Source of the DNA: a virus
Taxonomy: Duplodnaviria; Caudoviricetes
Length of the DNA stretch: 35,401 bases
Strand: one strand, 5' to 3'
IMG/VR virus record: IMGVR_UViG_3300020381_000026
Coordinates: 1 to 35,401 of that record
A program made the position numbers and the translations under genes. Each line of letters begins with the position of its first letter. The first letter of the stretch is position 1. Positions 16,592 to 26,114 of the stretch are shown piece after piece. A model generated the notes under the pieces. It made no database searches. It was given only the letters and a program-made list of their open reading frames with translations, and was not told where the DNA came from.

Positions 16592-17494
16592 CTAATCCCA
16601 TGTTAAATATACTCTACCTTTATGGTATCCATTTACTTTATATTCAAATGCTTGTTTGGCATCCATTCTATTATATCCCATTTCCCACATATCGGAAACT
16701 TTTAAACTATTGCTTTTTATACATTCTCTAGCATATCTCATAGATTGTATAAACGTTTTGTCTCTTGGACTAGGACATTTAATTGTAATGTTCCTCCAAA
16801 GATATTTGCTAAAGTCCATGTTCTCTACAGTCTTCTCTGCCGCTAATACATATAAACCATTGTCATTAACAAAATCGCCTGTCATATATTCTTGTTTACT
16901 GCTGAAGTCTATAAAAGCATCAAAGCCACCTCCATTGTGAAGTGTTGTTTTAATAACTCCTTGTCTATCCCAATACTCAGGATATGCATTGCCACATACA
17001 GTAAAGTTTTTGTACCCTTTACGTTTTAGTGTATAGTGTGTTACCCTTGCTAGGAATCCTGTGCCTATAATTGCTATGCTTTGTTCATAATCTTCGTTGT
17101 GAGTATAAACTGCATTAGCAACATTAATGCCACATGCTACAGGCTCTAATATATATTTTTTATCTACTTTAGGAACTTTAACAAACGTTCCCATTTTAGC
17201 ATTGTAATAATCTGCAAAGCCAGGTTCACCTCTTGTAGCAACAATATCGCCTTCTTGTAAACCCATGTTTGCATTTACTAAACTACCGACCTTAGTAACA
17301 ATACCAATAGACTCATGACCTTGTATTGTTTTTGGAAGTGTAGTAAACTCGCCTTTATACATAGCAACATCACTACTACAAATACCTGTCATTGATGTTT
17401 TAACTTCTATTTCATCCTTGGCAGGTTCTGGCTTATCCCAAATCTCTTCTAGTAAGTCATTGTTTCCTGTAGTATATAATAACTTAACCTTCAT
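16592..17494 (-). CDS. MDR-family (Zn alcohol/sugar) dehydrogenase
   Basis: GICSSD, GHE, LEP.AC, IIGTGFL; no 4-Cys structural zinc loop. Confidence 0.85.
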   Translation of the reverse strand: MKVKLLYTTGNNDLLEEIWDKPEPAKDEIEVKTSMTGICSSDVAMYKGEFTTLPKTIQGHESIGIVTKVGSLVNANMGLQEGDIVATRGEPGFADYYNAKMGTFVKVPKVDKKYILEPVACGINVANAVYTHNEDYEQSIAIIGTGFLARVTHYTLKRKGYKNFTVCGNAYPEYWDRQGVIKTTLHNGGGFDAFIDFSSKQEYMTGDFVNDNGLYVLAAEKTVENMDFSKYLWRNITIKCPSPRDKTFIQSMRYARECIKSNSLKVSDMWEMGYNRMDAKQAFEYKVNGYHKGRVYLTWD

Positions 17495-18365
17495 GATATA
17501 CCTCTAAGTGTTTGTGTATCCATGTATCAAAATATCTATGCATATCATAATCTTCTGATAATGCTTTCATAATCATTTCACCATACGCATAGTCTGGACA
17601 TAATCCAAAGTGCCAAATGTATTCGCTGTCTGCTGTAATTACTTTAATACTTTGGTCATCATATCCTGCTTTCCAACTTGCTCTAACTGTAACAGGAGTA
17701 ATACCATTCATTATCCATGTCTCTTCTGCATAGTCGCATACATTATATACGCCATCTAATTTAATATCACCATAGTCACTACCATCTATTAAGTCTGATA
17801 ATTGCCATTGTTGTGCCATACTATATCCACCCCTATCCAAACTATCTAAAGGAGTAATGTTTATAAGTTGTGTATATAAATGTGGGAATAAATCTAATGC
17901 AACTCCACCCCATGCCAACTTTTTATTTGTACTCCAGCCACCTGGATTAGGAACTCTATTTTTGTTTAACCAATTTATTTCTATACGCAAAGGTTTCTCA
18001 TTTGAGTCTCTCCATTTTTGTATAGCACCTAAGTTTGTTCTGTACATATTATTTTTGCACATTATAAATTTTGTTTTAGGATTCTCATCACACAATGCAT
18101 TCCACATGTCAGCACTAGGAAGTCCTGGTTTTTCTACTAACACAACTTTACATTTTTTTGCTAATACATTTGCAACTTGTTCATGAGAATAGTTAGGTGT
18201 ACAAATTATACCAATATCAAAGTTACCTTTTGCATCATTAGGATTTTGAAAGTCTGCTGAAGTATCATATAAGTCGGCAGTAGTCACAGAAAATCCTTGA
18301 TTCTGTAACTGAGGTAGATAAACATTTCTACCTATACCACCTGTGCCAACTAATAATGCTTTCAT
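17484..18365 (-). CDS. Gfo/Idh/MocA NAD-dependent oxidoreductase
   Basis: VGTGGIG, ICTPN..H, VLVEKP, GGVALDLFPH. Confidence 0.88.
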   Translation of the reverse strand: MKALLVGTGGIGRNVYLPQLQNQGFSVTTADLYDTSADFQNPNDAKGNFDIGIICTPNYSHEQVANVLAKKCKVVLVEKPGLPSADMWNALCDENPKTKFIMCKNNMYRTNLGAIQKWRDSNEKPLRIEINWLNKNRVPNPGGWSTNKKLAWGGVALDLFPHLYTQLINITPLDSLDRGGYSMAQQWQLSDLIDGSDYGDIKLDGVYNVCDYAEETWIMNGITPVTVRASWKAGYDDQSIKVITADSEYIWHFGLCPDYAYGEMIMKALSEDYDMHRYFDTWIHKHLEVYHEG

Positions 18366-18554
18366 TTAATCCGTCAATCTATCTAGTTCTTCGAAGTCAT
18401 GCTCACCATATAAAGTAACTCTATAAGTATCATCTTCACTTATCCTTTCTACTTCATATGCTAATTCATATCCTTGTTCTGTTAATTTTGCTACTCTAAA
18501 AGTAAACTCTCTATAGTCGTCCTTCTCAAGTATTACTCTTTGATGGTCTGCCAT
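18366..18554 (-). CDS. Hypothetical protein
   Basis: 62-aa ORF, TAATG coupled to dpdA. Confidence 0.65.
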   Translation of the reverse strand: MADHQRVILEKDDYREFTFRVAKLTEQGYELAYEVERISEDDTYRVTLYGEHDFEELDRLTD

Positions 18555-20122
18555 TATAACTCCTCCACTAGGTCATCTAGTGCTTGTTCCATTACTTCAT
18601 CAAACTCGCCTTCAACTTGTTGTTCTACTTCCTCATCAAAGAACATACTAGCCGCACTATTTTTAAATGCACTATCATGATCCTTATGTTTGTTATTACT
18701 AACATCATCTAAGAAAGGTTTAGCATCGTCGATTAGTTTAAATGGATTTGGACAGTTAGGATCAAATACTTCTTCAACCAATGTATTAAACATCAACATA
18801 TTTCTTGGTGTCCATAAACTTTCTTGATTAAGTTTCTTTCCTTTCTTCTGCCAGTTTCTCCAGTCTAACTTGTAGTTCTCAAACTCCATTGTTGCTAGAC
18901 TGTTTGCTTCTTGTACTGCTCTAATATGCATATAAACATTGTGTGCCATTAGTATTCCATAAGTAAAACTATCCCAAGATGTTTTGCCTTCTTTACCAAT
19001 TTTGTTTAGCATACCTGGAGCATACCAATTTACATCTCCTGACGTAACTCTTCTGCCAATCTCACTCTCCCAAGGGAAAGGATTTGCTGATACGTTACCA
19101 GGACTAAAGTGGCTAAATGCTTTGTTATCAAAACACTTCTCCATAATGTAACTCATTTGTTCTGCTGTAATTTTGTTTCTAGTATAAACTAATCCATTTG
19201 CACTACTAATGTAAGGACTAGCACAATCAAAACTTACAGTAATATTAGGATTGACATGTTCTCTTAACTGTCTTTGAATGCTTGTAAGCATTACACCCCA
19301 ATCCAATTTGCTTGTACCCAAAAAGTGTATCCAATCTTTATCTTGTAATAGTTCATCATTACGCATTGTTACAAGTCTTTTAAGTACCATATGCATGTCA
19401 CGAATGTTGTTACCACCCATGCCCCAACCTTCTAGTCCATCTGGACCTTCTGAATAAGGCTTAACTGTTTGATACCATTGTTCTGCATCATCCCAATATG
19501 TTCCTTGTAATACATTTAAGAACTTTGTTTTGCCTAAACGATTATCTTTAAACCAATCTAAATTAAATGTAGTACACTTCAAACATTCATCAAAGTTCTG
19601 TAGTCCTGTTTTTTCTCTAAAGCCTGGCTTACATGCCCAACTAGGAACATCAAATGTCATACTCCAGTCTGCTGTATTTTCTAACCAAGCCAGGATTTTT
19701 GCACGGACTCTATCGGCATCGCCCTTGTATCCTGAATCGCCTGGTCTTTCAAAGAAGTTCTCCCAGTCAAACTTAATAACACCCTTACCAATTTGGAAAC
19801 CACCTGAGTCTCCAACAATAGTTGTTTCGTTCTTGTCCCTAGTATGTATAATGTATTCCATTACCTCACTTTTCTCTAAGTCTAAGTAGGCATGACCGGC
19901 ACTATACAATGCTTTATTATAGTAGTAATATCCTTTCTCCTTATCAAGAAAGTTCATACCTTCAAAGCCATGTTCAAAGCCTTGAGGCACTCTATCTCTA
20001 CCATCTACGTTTGGAATGTATCCTTCAACACTATTACATCTGCCCAACAATTCAGTAAAGAATCCACTGATTGCTGGCAAGAACGTTGCGTAATCGCTAT
20101 GTCTTTTGGATAAATCTCTCAT
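18554..20122 (-). CDS. dpdA: TGT-fold 7-deazaguanine DNA transglycosylase (DpdA family)
   Basis: GDSGGFQ, MTFDVP, LNVLQG, GWGMGG, IHFLG, SFDCASP, AHN; folE/queE nearby. Confidence 0.82.
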   Translation of the reverse strand: MRDLSKRHSDYATFLPAISGFFTELLGRCNSVEGYIPNVDGRDRVPQGFEHGFEGMNFLDKEKGYYYYNKALYSAGHAYLDLEKSEVMEYIIHTRDKNETTIVGDSGGFQIGKGVIKFDWENFFERPGDSGYKGDADRVRAKILAWLENTADWSMTFDVPSWACKPGFREKTGLQNFDECLKCTTFNLDWFKDNRLGKTKFLNVLQGTYWDDAEQWYQTVKPYSEGPDGLEGWGMGGNNIRDMHMVLKRLVTMRNDELLQDKDWIHFLGTSKLDWGVMLTSIQRQLREHVNPNITVSFDCASPYISSANGLVYTRNKITAEQMSYIMEKCFDNKAFSHFSPGNVSANPFPWESEIGRRVTSGDVNWYAPGMLNKIGKEGKTSWDSFTYGILMAHNVYMHIRAVQEANSLATMEFENYKLDWRNWQKKGKKLNQESLWTPRNMLMFNTLVEEVFDPNCPNPFKLIDDAKPFLDDVSNNKHKDHDSAFKNSAASMFFDEEVEQQVEGEFDEVMEQALDDLVEEL

Positions 20123-20124
20123 AT

Positions 20125-20877
20125 TTAAGACCTTGCAGGAAGTAAGTATGTGTAAACACCCATACCACTATCTACTTTAAGTTGTAATAGTCCTTGGTTA
20201 TTAAAACTCATTACAAGACTTGAATTGTCGCCAAGTCTAAGAATTTTTAACACAACATCTAAGGGCCATTTCCAATCTGTATTAATCTCACCTTCTACAT
20301 TGTTGTCAATAAGGATTTTAGTTCTATCACTACCACCATCACCAACATGGAAATATAAAGCACCATCTTCAGTTTTAGGACTAAAGTTGGCTTCATATGC
20401 CGCCAATACTGTATTGAAGTATGTTAAGTCCTTCATCATTTTCTGACTAGGTTCTATGTTTACATCAAACTCTGCACCTTTAAACTTAATGTCCTTCAGT
20501 TGCTGATTGATTACATCTGCTAACATAAATCTATAATGTGCATCTGTACCATTTGCACTTACAAATTCTACTTCTGTTGGAACTGTTTCACTATTCCTTT
20601 CTTGTGTTTTAACTGCCACTGTGGCATTTTCATCATCAAAGTCTGGATATTGTAAGTAACCTTTTAGTACACCCATTCTGCTTAATCCTACTGTTGCATC
20701 AACAAAATCCACAACAGGATTGTTCATGCTACCTTTTAGGATAACTGTTTTATCTGCATCAACAGTTTCAATCTCAGTTGTTTCTGCTGTGCCTTTTATT
20801 TTTACCATTTCATAGATACCTAAGTCATGTGTATGACGAATAATATCTTTGAAAGTATCTTTAATATAATTGTTCAT
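20125..20877 (-). CDS. DNA sliding clamp (gp45/PCNA-like)
   Basis: 250 aa, follows the polymerase, C-terminal YTYLLPA. Confidence 0.75.
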   Translation of the reverse strand: MNNYIKDTFKDIIRHTHDLGIYEMVKIKGTAETTEIETVDADKTVILKGSMNNPVVDFVDATVGLSRMGVLKGYLQYPDFDDENATVAVKTQERNSETVPTEVEFVSANGTDAHYRFMLADVINQQLKDIKFKGAEFDVNIEPSQKMMKDLTYFNTVLAAYEANFSPKTEDGALYFHVGDGGSDRTKILIDNNVEGEINTDWKWPLDVVLKILRLGDNSSLVMSFNNQGLLQLKVDSGMGVYTYLLPARS

Positions 20878-20906
20878 TTCTGTCTCCGATAGAATACTTT
20901 TGCTAT

Positions 20907-20934
20907 ATTATACATTACTATTTAGAAAAGTCAA
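20907..20934 (-). promoter_or_regulatory. Sigma70 promoter with embedded late-like TAAATA
   Basis: TTGACT-16-TATAAT; CTAAATA at 20925-20919. Confidence 0.65.
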
Positions 20935-20958
20935 GACTTTTCCTGCCATTTTTTCCGA

Positions 20959-23652
20959 TTAAAATTCAAAGAAAGCATCCAGTGTTTCTGCGTTGTTGGC
21001 TCTATTCAAGTCCCAACCCATTATTCCTAATACATTTCCTATCTTCTTATCGAGAACTGATTGTTCCATTGCATCTTCATCGAATGGTAATTCTTTGAAC
21101 CACTGTGGAATATTCAATTCATCTGTTGGATATGCTATGCTTGTATAGTTCATAGGATTGTTTTTCAATCTACAAACGATAACTTTAGCACCATCCATAA
21201 TACTCAAACTATAATTGTCGCTGTTAGCAAACTTTAAGTTATTGTAATTAATACTTGCTCTAACATGTCCTGGAATCATTTTGTTTTCTTTCTCATTCTT
21301 TAATGAGTCTAATTTATGTAAGGTCATATTACTTCCAGGACCTCTTACTGTTTTGTTATACTTCTTGGTGTACAAGGTTAAGTTATTAACACGTTTGGGC
21401 ATTCCTTTCTTCCAAGGATCTAATACTTTAAACTCTTGCTTGAACTCTTTAATCATTTCTATTACTTCATTTTCTGTTTTACCTTCTAGTGTTGCATCTA
21501 ATATTTCTTCTAAGAAGTCTTGTACAAACTCTGGAGTATCACTTCTTTTGATATCCATACCCATTACTTTTAGTTTGCCACCTTCAGGTTGATATCCTTC
21601 TATGTCTAAACACTTGATAGCATATCTTTTCTTAGTAATAAACAGTCCACTCTTACCAACTACTTCTCTACCTGCTTTAATTACACTACCCATTTCTGTT
21701 GGACAGTTAAAGTCATCTTTCATAAACTGTGGAAAAGTATCTGAAACTTGGTCACTGATACGGTCATACAAAGCGATTGCGTTATCCATATCTAAGGACA
21801 TGTCTTCTGGCATAGCCGGAGTGGCTGTAAAATACACAGAGTCTGTATCGCCATAAACCAAACAATCTCCTGTATGGTCGTATCTTCCTGTGAGCAACTC
21901 ATTCACTTTTGCTCCCATGTGGCGGGTGATCCGCCTACCAGTCAAAGTTGTACTTTGACCAATTCTTTTATCAAAAAACCTACAGCCTGGATTCAACACC
22001 GCACCATATAAACTGTTTAGGTTAATCTTTTTAACTAATTGTCTTTTATCCCAAAATGCAATTTCTTCTTGTTCTGTTGCAGACTTCTTCTTTGCTTGTA
22101 GTTCTTGTCTTTCTGCATACCAACGTTCTAATAGTCCTGGGATAACTCCTTTGAAATCTGTTTTAAATATAGTACCATTACTACTAATACACCAAGGTTG
22201 ACCACTATTGAATATTAAGTTGTAAACATCTGAGCCTGTAACATCTAAACTGGAACCGTCTTCCATATCTAGTTTCATTACTTTGTTTACGTCTTTTTGC
22301 ATTACCATTTCATATTCATTTGTGCCAAACTTACCTAACCAGGCATCTGCAAAAGACATCTTCTCCAATTTCATCTTACTGTTTAGTTCTTCATCTGTAT
22401 AATCTGGAACCAGTTGACCTACAATAGTTTCCTGTGCCATATTTAATGCTCTAAACACACTAGGATATAGACTGTTAATATCCATACTGCCTATCCATTT
22501 ATGGAATCCTTTCTTAGGAAATGCCACATAGGCACCAGCCGCCGTTGTACTATCTTCTGGCTTACCACGTTTTCTATCTGGAACACAAAAGCCACGTCTG
22601 TGTGCTTCATTAATAATTGCTTGTTCTGTAGTTGCCACAGCACCCATTGTTGTAAACAATAATACAGTATTGTCATGTGCAATAGTATTAGCAAGGTCTA
22701 TAAACTGTAGTTTCTTATCCATATTAGCAATTAGCATAACATCTTGTATGTTATATTCTAAGAACTTGTGGAAATCATGATTGTATAATCTATCTAAACT
22801 ACCTTCATAGGCTACTTTCTTTTCACCTAACTCCATCTCACCAATGAAATCTAATCTATAACTATGTCTTTCTTCATAGTTAAACTTACGATATAGTTGC
22901 ATGTAATCTAAATGCACCCTGCCTATTAAATCATAACTTTGTCGCTCACTACCAAAACTATCATAAGTTCTTTCTTTAGGGAATTGGTCAAACAAACAAA
23001 ACTTTCTTGTTTCGCTTTTGCCTAATACTTTTATTGTACGATTAATTGTGTAAGGAATATCATATCCTTCGCTGTTCCAACCACTTAGTATATCTGCATC
23101 TTCTATTAGTTGCAAGAAAGTTTTAAGCATCTGTGCTTCATCTCTAAACAACATTACTTCTGGTAATGGCTTTGCTATTTCTTGTGCTTGTTCCCAACTT
23201 AAAGTTTTAGGAGGTACTGCCAAACACACCATTGCATCCATCCAATCTAAGTAAACACCTATAGCAGTAATAGGCATGAATGCTTCTTCCGGTGGACTAA
23301 ATCCTTTAACAGGATCAAAGTCAACCTCAATATCAAAAAATGCTGTATGAAGTTTAGGTTGTTCTACACCCAAATAATGTTTTGCTAATGTTTTGTTTAC
23401 AGGTTTAATATCAGTTTCATATAACTGACCACTTGCACGATTAATTGCTATGTTCTTTTTGAAGTCTTTAAAGTTTTTGCAAACTACTTCCGTGACAGGA
23501 TCTCCATAGATACTTTTTGCTTTACCTTTTGGATCGCTGTAATAAAAATTGTATTCCGGTTTGTGTTGAACTAAGACACGTTTTCCATTTAACCTTTCGG
23601 ATACATGGATAACATCTCGAGTCCTATCATGGAATGCATCTACATAACTCAA
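20959..23652 (-). CDS. polB: Family B DNA polymerase (gp43-like)
   Basis: Exo DIE, WNSEGYD, YNIQD; polymerase DINSLYPS, KINLNSLYG, YGDTDS; C-terminal TLDAFF clamp motif. Confidence 0.97.
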   Translation of the reverse strand: MSYVDAFHDRTRDVIHVSERLNGKRVLVQHKPEYNFYYSDPKGKAKSIYGDPVTEVVCKNFKDFKKNIAINRASGQLYETDIKPVNKTLAKHYLGVEQPKLHTAFFDIEVDFDPVKGFSPPEEAFMPITAIGVYLDWMDAMVCLAVPPKTLSWEQAQEIAKPLPEVMLFRDEAQMLKTFLQLIEDADILSGWNSEGYDIPYTINRTIKVLGKSETRKFCLFDQFPKERTYDSFGSERQSYDLIGRVHLDYMQLYRKFNYEERHSYRLDFIGEMELGEKKVAYEGSLDRLYNHDFHKFLEYNIQDVMLIANMDKKLQFIDLANTIAHDNTVLLFTTMGAVATTEQAIINEAHRRGFCVPDRKRGKPEDSTTAAGAYVAFPKKGFHKWIGSMDINSLYPSVFRALNMAQETIVGQLVPDYTDEELNSKMKLEKMSFADAWLGKFGTNEYEMVMQKDVNKVMKLDMEDGSSLDVTGSDVYNLIFNSGQPWCISSNGTIFKTDFKGVIPGLLERWYAERQELQAKKKSATEQEEIAFWDKRQLVKKINLNSLYGAVLNPGCRFFDKRIGQSTTLTGRRITRHMGAKVNELLTGRYDHTGDCLVYGDTDSVYFTATPAMPEDMSLDMDNAIALYDRISDQVSDTFPQFMKDDFNCPTEMGSVIKAGREVVGKSGLFITKKRYAIKCLDIEGYQPEGGKLKVMGMDIKRSDTPEFVQDFLEEILDATLEGKTENEVIEMIKEFKQEFKVLDPWKKGMPKRVNNLTLYTKKYNKTVRGPGSNMTLHKLDSLKNEKENKMIPGHVRASINYNNLKFANSDNYSLSIMDGAKVIVCRLKNNPMNYTSIAYPTDELNIPQWFKELPFDEDAMEQSVLDKKIGNVLGIMGWDLNRANNAETLDAFFEF

Positions 23653-23674
23653 TTAAAATTCTCCTAAACAAAAA

Positions 23675-23941
23675 TTATAGTTGGTCTTTGCCAACTGCGG
23701 CTAGAATAGTTTCTAGTTCGTCAAATTTCTCTGACTCCTCACCAAAATTTGCCTTGTGGGCAACCTTTATTGCTTTGTTTAGGATTGCTGGTCTAATTTC
23801 CATTTCTTCTGCTATTGCTTTAACAGTTTCTCTTAAACCTACTTGTAGTGCATCGACCTCATATAATACTTGGTCGCCTTCTTGAATGAGTCTTTTAAGT
23901 CTTGCGACTTCTTCTGAATTAAATACTTTGTTGAATGCCAT
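23675..23941 (-). CDS. T4 DsbA-like dsDNA-binding protein
   Basis: 88 aa, helical, LRETVKAIAEE.EI.PAILNKAIKVAHK. Confidence 0.65.
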   Translation of the reverse strand: MAFNKVFNSEEVARLKRLIQEGDQVLYEVDALQVGLRETVKAIAEEMEIRPAILNKAIKVAHKANFGEESEKFDELETILAAVGKDQL

Positions 23942-23968
23942 CTGTTTTACCTCTGTGTATGTCTAATA

Positions 23969-23976
23969 TATTTATA
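23969..23976 (-). promoter_or_regulatory. T4 late consensus TATAAATA
   Basis: Exact match, intergenic. Confidence 0.55.
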
Positions 23977-23987
23977 AGCATAGATTT

Positions 23988-24016
23988 ATTATATAATCAC
24001 TTTGTGGTAAAGTCAA
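23988..24016 (-). promoter_or_regulatory. Sigma70 promoter for the dsbA-like/polymerase operon
   Basis: TTGACT-17-TATAAT. Confidence 0.8.
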
Positions 24017-24024
24017 TAAAAATG

Positions 24025-24031
24025 ATAAATA
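24025..24031 (+). promoter_or_regulatory. Late-like promoter for the plus-strand block
   Basis: ATAAATA upstream of the AAGGAG RBS. Confidence 0.55.
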
Positions 24032-24058
24032 CACTAGTACACACAAAGGAGACCAATA

Positions 24059-24358
24059 ATGGCAGATGTAGAGAAAAAAACAGTACAGATAGATTTGGAA
24101 CTAGATACCAAAATAGTTGATAGTAGCAAAAACCCTTATCAAAGTTGGATTGATTTAGCAACGGCAGTAGATGCCTGGAGAATCTTCCCAAGATTATTTT
24201 TAAGTGTTTATGTATTCTTATTATACTATTCCACAATGTGGTTTATGGGACTAGAAAATCCTAGTCTGGAACAATCAGGATTGATAAGTATTATTGTAGG
24301 TGCAGGTGCGGCATGGTTCGGACTATATGCAGGAACAGATAAAAATAAAGGTGACTAA
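24059..24358 (+). CDS. Two-TM membrane protein, holin-like
   Basis: DAWRIFPR followed by two TM helices and a charged tail. Confidence 0.55.
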   Translation: MADVEKKTVQIDLELDTKIVDSSKNPYQSWIDLATAVDAWRIFPRLFLSVYVFLLYYSTMWFMGLENPSLEQSGLISIIVGAGAAWFGLYAGTDKNKGD

Positions 24359-24363
24359 GTAAA

Positions 24364-24678
24364 ATGGCATTCATTAAGAATTTTGCAAGATTCAATACTA
24401 GAGAAGAATTAGAAGAAGATGATATCATAGAGTATTTTGATATTGTCCAGAGTGTTGTGTCTAGTAAAATCGTTAAAGGTGTAACTGATGATGCTAAGAA
24501 AGTAGCAATTGATGTAATCATTTACACGGACGAAGATGATGCAGGCCCAATTTTTATTCACGAAATAGTTCTAGATGAAGAAATAGATGAAGAAGAAGGC
24601 AACATGATATCTAAAGAACTTGCAATAACTTTTCCTGATTTGGAAAACTTCACCTTCGAAGCCTCCATAGAATTATAA
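24364..24678 (+). CDS. Highly acidic hypothetical protein
   Basis: 104 aa, very D/E-rich. Confidence 0.72.
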   Translation: MAFIKNFARFNTREELEEDDIIEYFDIVQSVVSSKIVKGVTDDAKKVAIDVIIYTDEDDAGPIFIHEIVLDEEIDEEEGNMISKELAITFPDLENFTFEASIEL

Positions 24679-24679
24679 A

Positions 24680-25477
24680 ATGGCAAGAGATAAGGACGGC
24701 ATTCCTTTTCACCCTGCCGAATATAACCCCGATTATCCAAGAGTCAAATGTGAACAATGTGGTTTGATGAACAGTTGTGACAGTTGGCCCGACACAAACA
24801 TGGTACCATGGTATCCAAGACTACCTATATTATTAGAAGGTGGTATGGTAGAAAGTATAGATGATTTTGTACTATCTGAATATACCGAATGGAGTTTACA
24901 AGCAATAGTAGACGCAGAAATAGACAAACGTAATGGCATGATTCTAATGCCAAATTTTATCCACCCAGTACTTTATACAAGATGTTTAGATACTTGGCCC
25001 GAACAAATGGATAAAATTGATGTAGTAGGTAGATTACAAAAAGATATATTACATTCTCCATCATGGGCAACACTTTTATTACAAGTATTTGACAACGAAT
25101 ATGTTAAATGTGCTATTGCAGATAAATTTGCATTACATGAAGAATTCAAATGTGATGCTTGGCTATGGCAAGACACAGAAGAATTTACAATAAATGATGT
25201 ACATGTGGATTACAAAGACTTTGATATAACATTTGGATTATATTTTCCTGTTGACAATTCTACACGTGAATATGGCACACAATTTTGGAAGCCAGACTGT
25301 GAAGCAGATATGGAAGACAGTTTGGTTAGAGAAGATTGCACTCTCATAAAACAAATTCCGTTCCAACATAACCTTTGTTACTTTATGCCAAGAAGTAAAT
25401 ATAGTTGGCACTCTAGTCCTATACTAGATAAACCAATGGTGAGGAATCATGTTTACGGATATTATAAATCAATTTGA
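24680..25477 (+). CDS. 2OG-Fe(II) oxygenase-like protein
   Basis: HVD...GTQFW...SWH...R. Confidence 0.75.
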   Translation: MARDKDGIPFHPAEYNPDYPRVKCEQCGLMNSCDSWPDTNMVPWYPRLPILLEGGMVESIDDFVLSEYTEWSLQAIVDAEIDKRNGMILMPNFIHPVLYTRCLDTWPEQMDKIDVVGRLQKDILHSPSWATLLLQVFDNEYVKCAIADKFALHEEFKCDAWLWQDTEEFTINDVHVDYKDFDITFGLYFPVDNSTREYGTQFWKPDCEADMEDSLVREDCTLIKQIPFQHNLCYFMPRSKYSWHSSPILDKPMVRNHVYGYYKSI

Positions 25478-26114
25478 ACATATTGCAGAAGCAGTTAAAA
25501 ATGCTGATGTAGAAACTGTTCCTTTCAAACATTTATATGTACATGAAGTAATAAAATACGATTCATATAGAACTATAACTACATTTGAAGAACATGATGA
25601 CTTGTCTATGATAGATGAGTATGGTAGAAAAGAATATACTTTGGACATAACTGACGGTAAACTTTGGGAAGAAGAAAGTAATAAACTATTTCAAGAGATA
25701 TGTAAAAAATTAAAGTTAGGTAAAGTAAGTGATTCTGTTCCTGCAACTATAAAGTTTTGGGAAGACTCTCCTGAATTAGAGATTACTGATATACATACAG
25801 ATGCATTTTATGATACAGACTTAACCATTAGTTGCCAAATATATCTACCAAAAGACTTTGAACAAATTAGATTAGGCACAAAATTATATCGATATATTGG
25901 AGATAATATATTAGAAGATGCCAATCAAGATGAAGGAACATCTTTCCCCCACCAAGCAAAAATAGATAAACAAGACAAATGGCAACATAGTAGAAGTGTA
26001 CCTTTTAAACCAAACTCTATGTTGGTAACTGTCAGCACAAAAGACAGTTGGCATCAAGCACCAATTGTACCTGAAGGTATAAGAAAAAGTTTGATGTTAA
26101 GATTTAAAGTTTAA
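25449..26114 (+). CDS. 2OG-Fe(II) oxygenase-like protein
   Basis: PFKHL, HTD...GTKLY...PFKPN..SWH..RKS. Confidence 0.78.
   Translation: MFTDIINQFEHIAEAVKNADVETVPFKHLYVHEVIKYDSYRTITTFEEHDDLSMIDEYGRKEYTLDITDGKLWEEESNKLFQEICKKLKLGKVSDSVPATIKFWEDSPELEITDIHTDAFYDTDLTISCQIYLPKDFEQIRLGTKLYRYIGDNILEDANQDEGTSFPHQAKIDKQDKWQHSRSVPFKPNSMLVTVSTKDSWHQAPIVPEGIRKSLMLRFKV

Noticed and set aside
18554-20122. Canonical tRNA-modifying Tgt
   Set aside because: No CxCxxC zinc motif, 522 aa long, and replication-gene context favours DpdA; tRNA activity is not formally excluded.
20959-23652. Intein or intron in the polymerase
   Set aside because: Continuous 897-aa frame with normal motif spacing.
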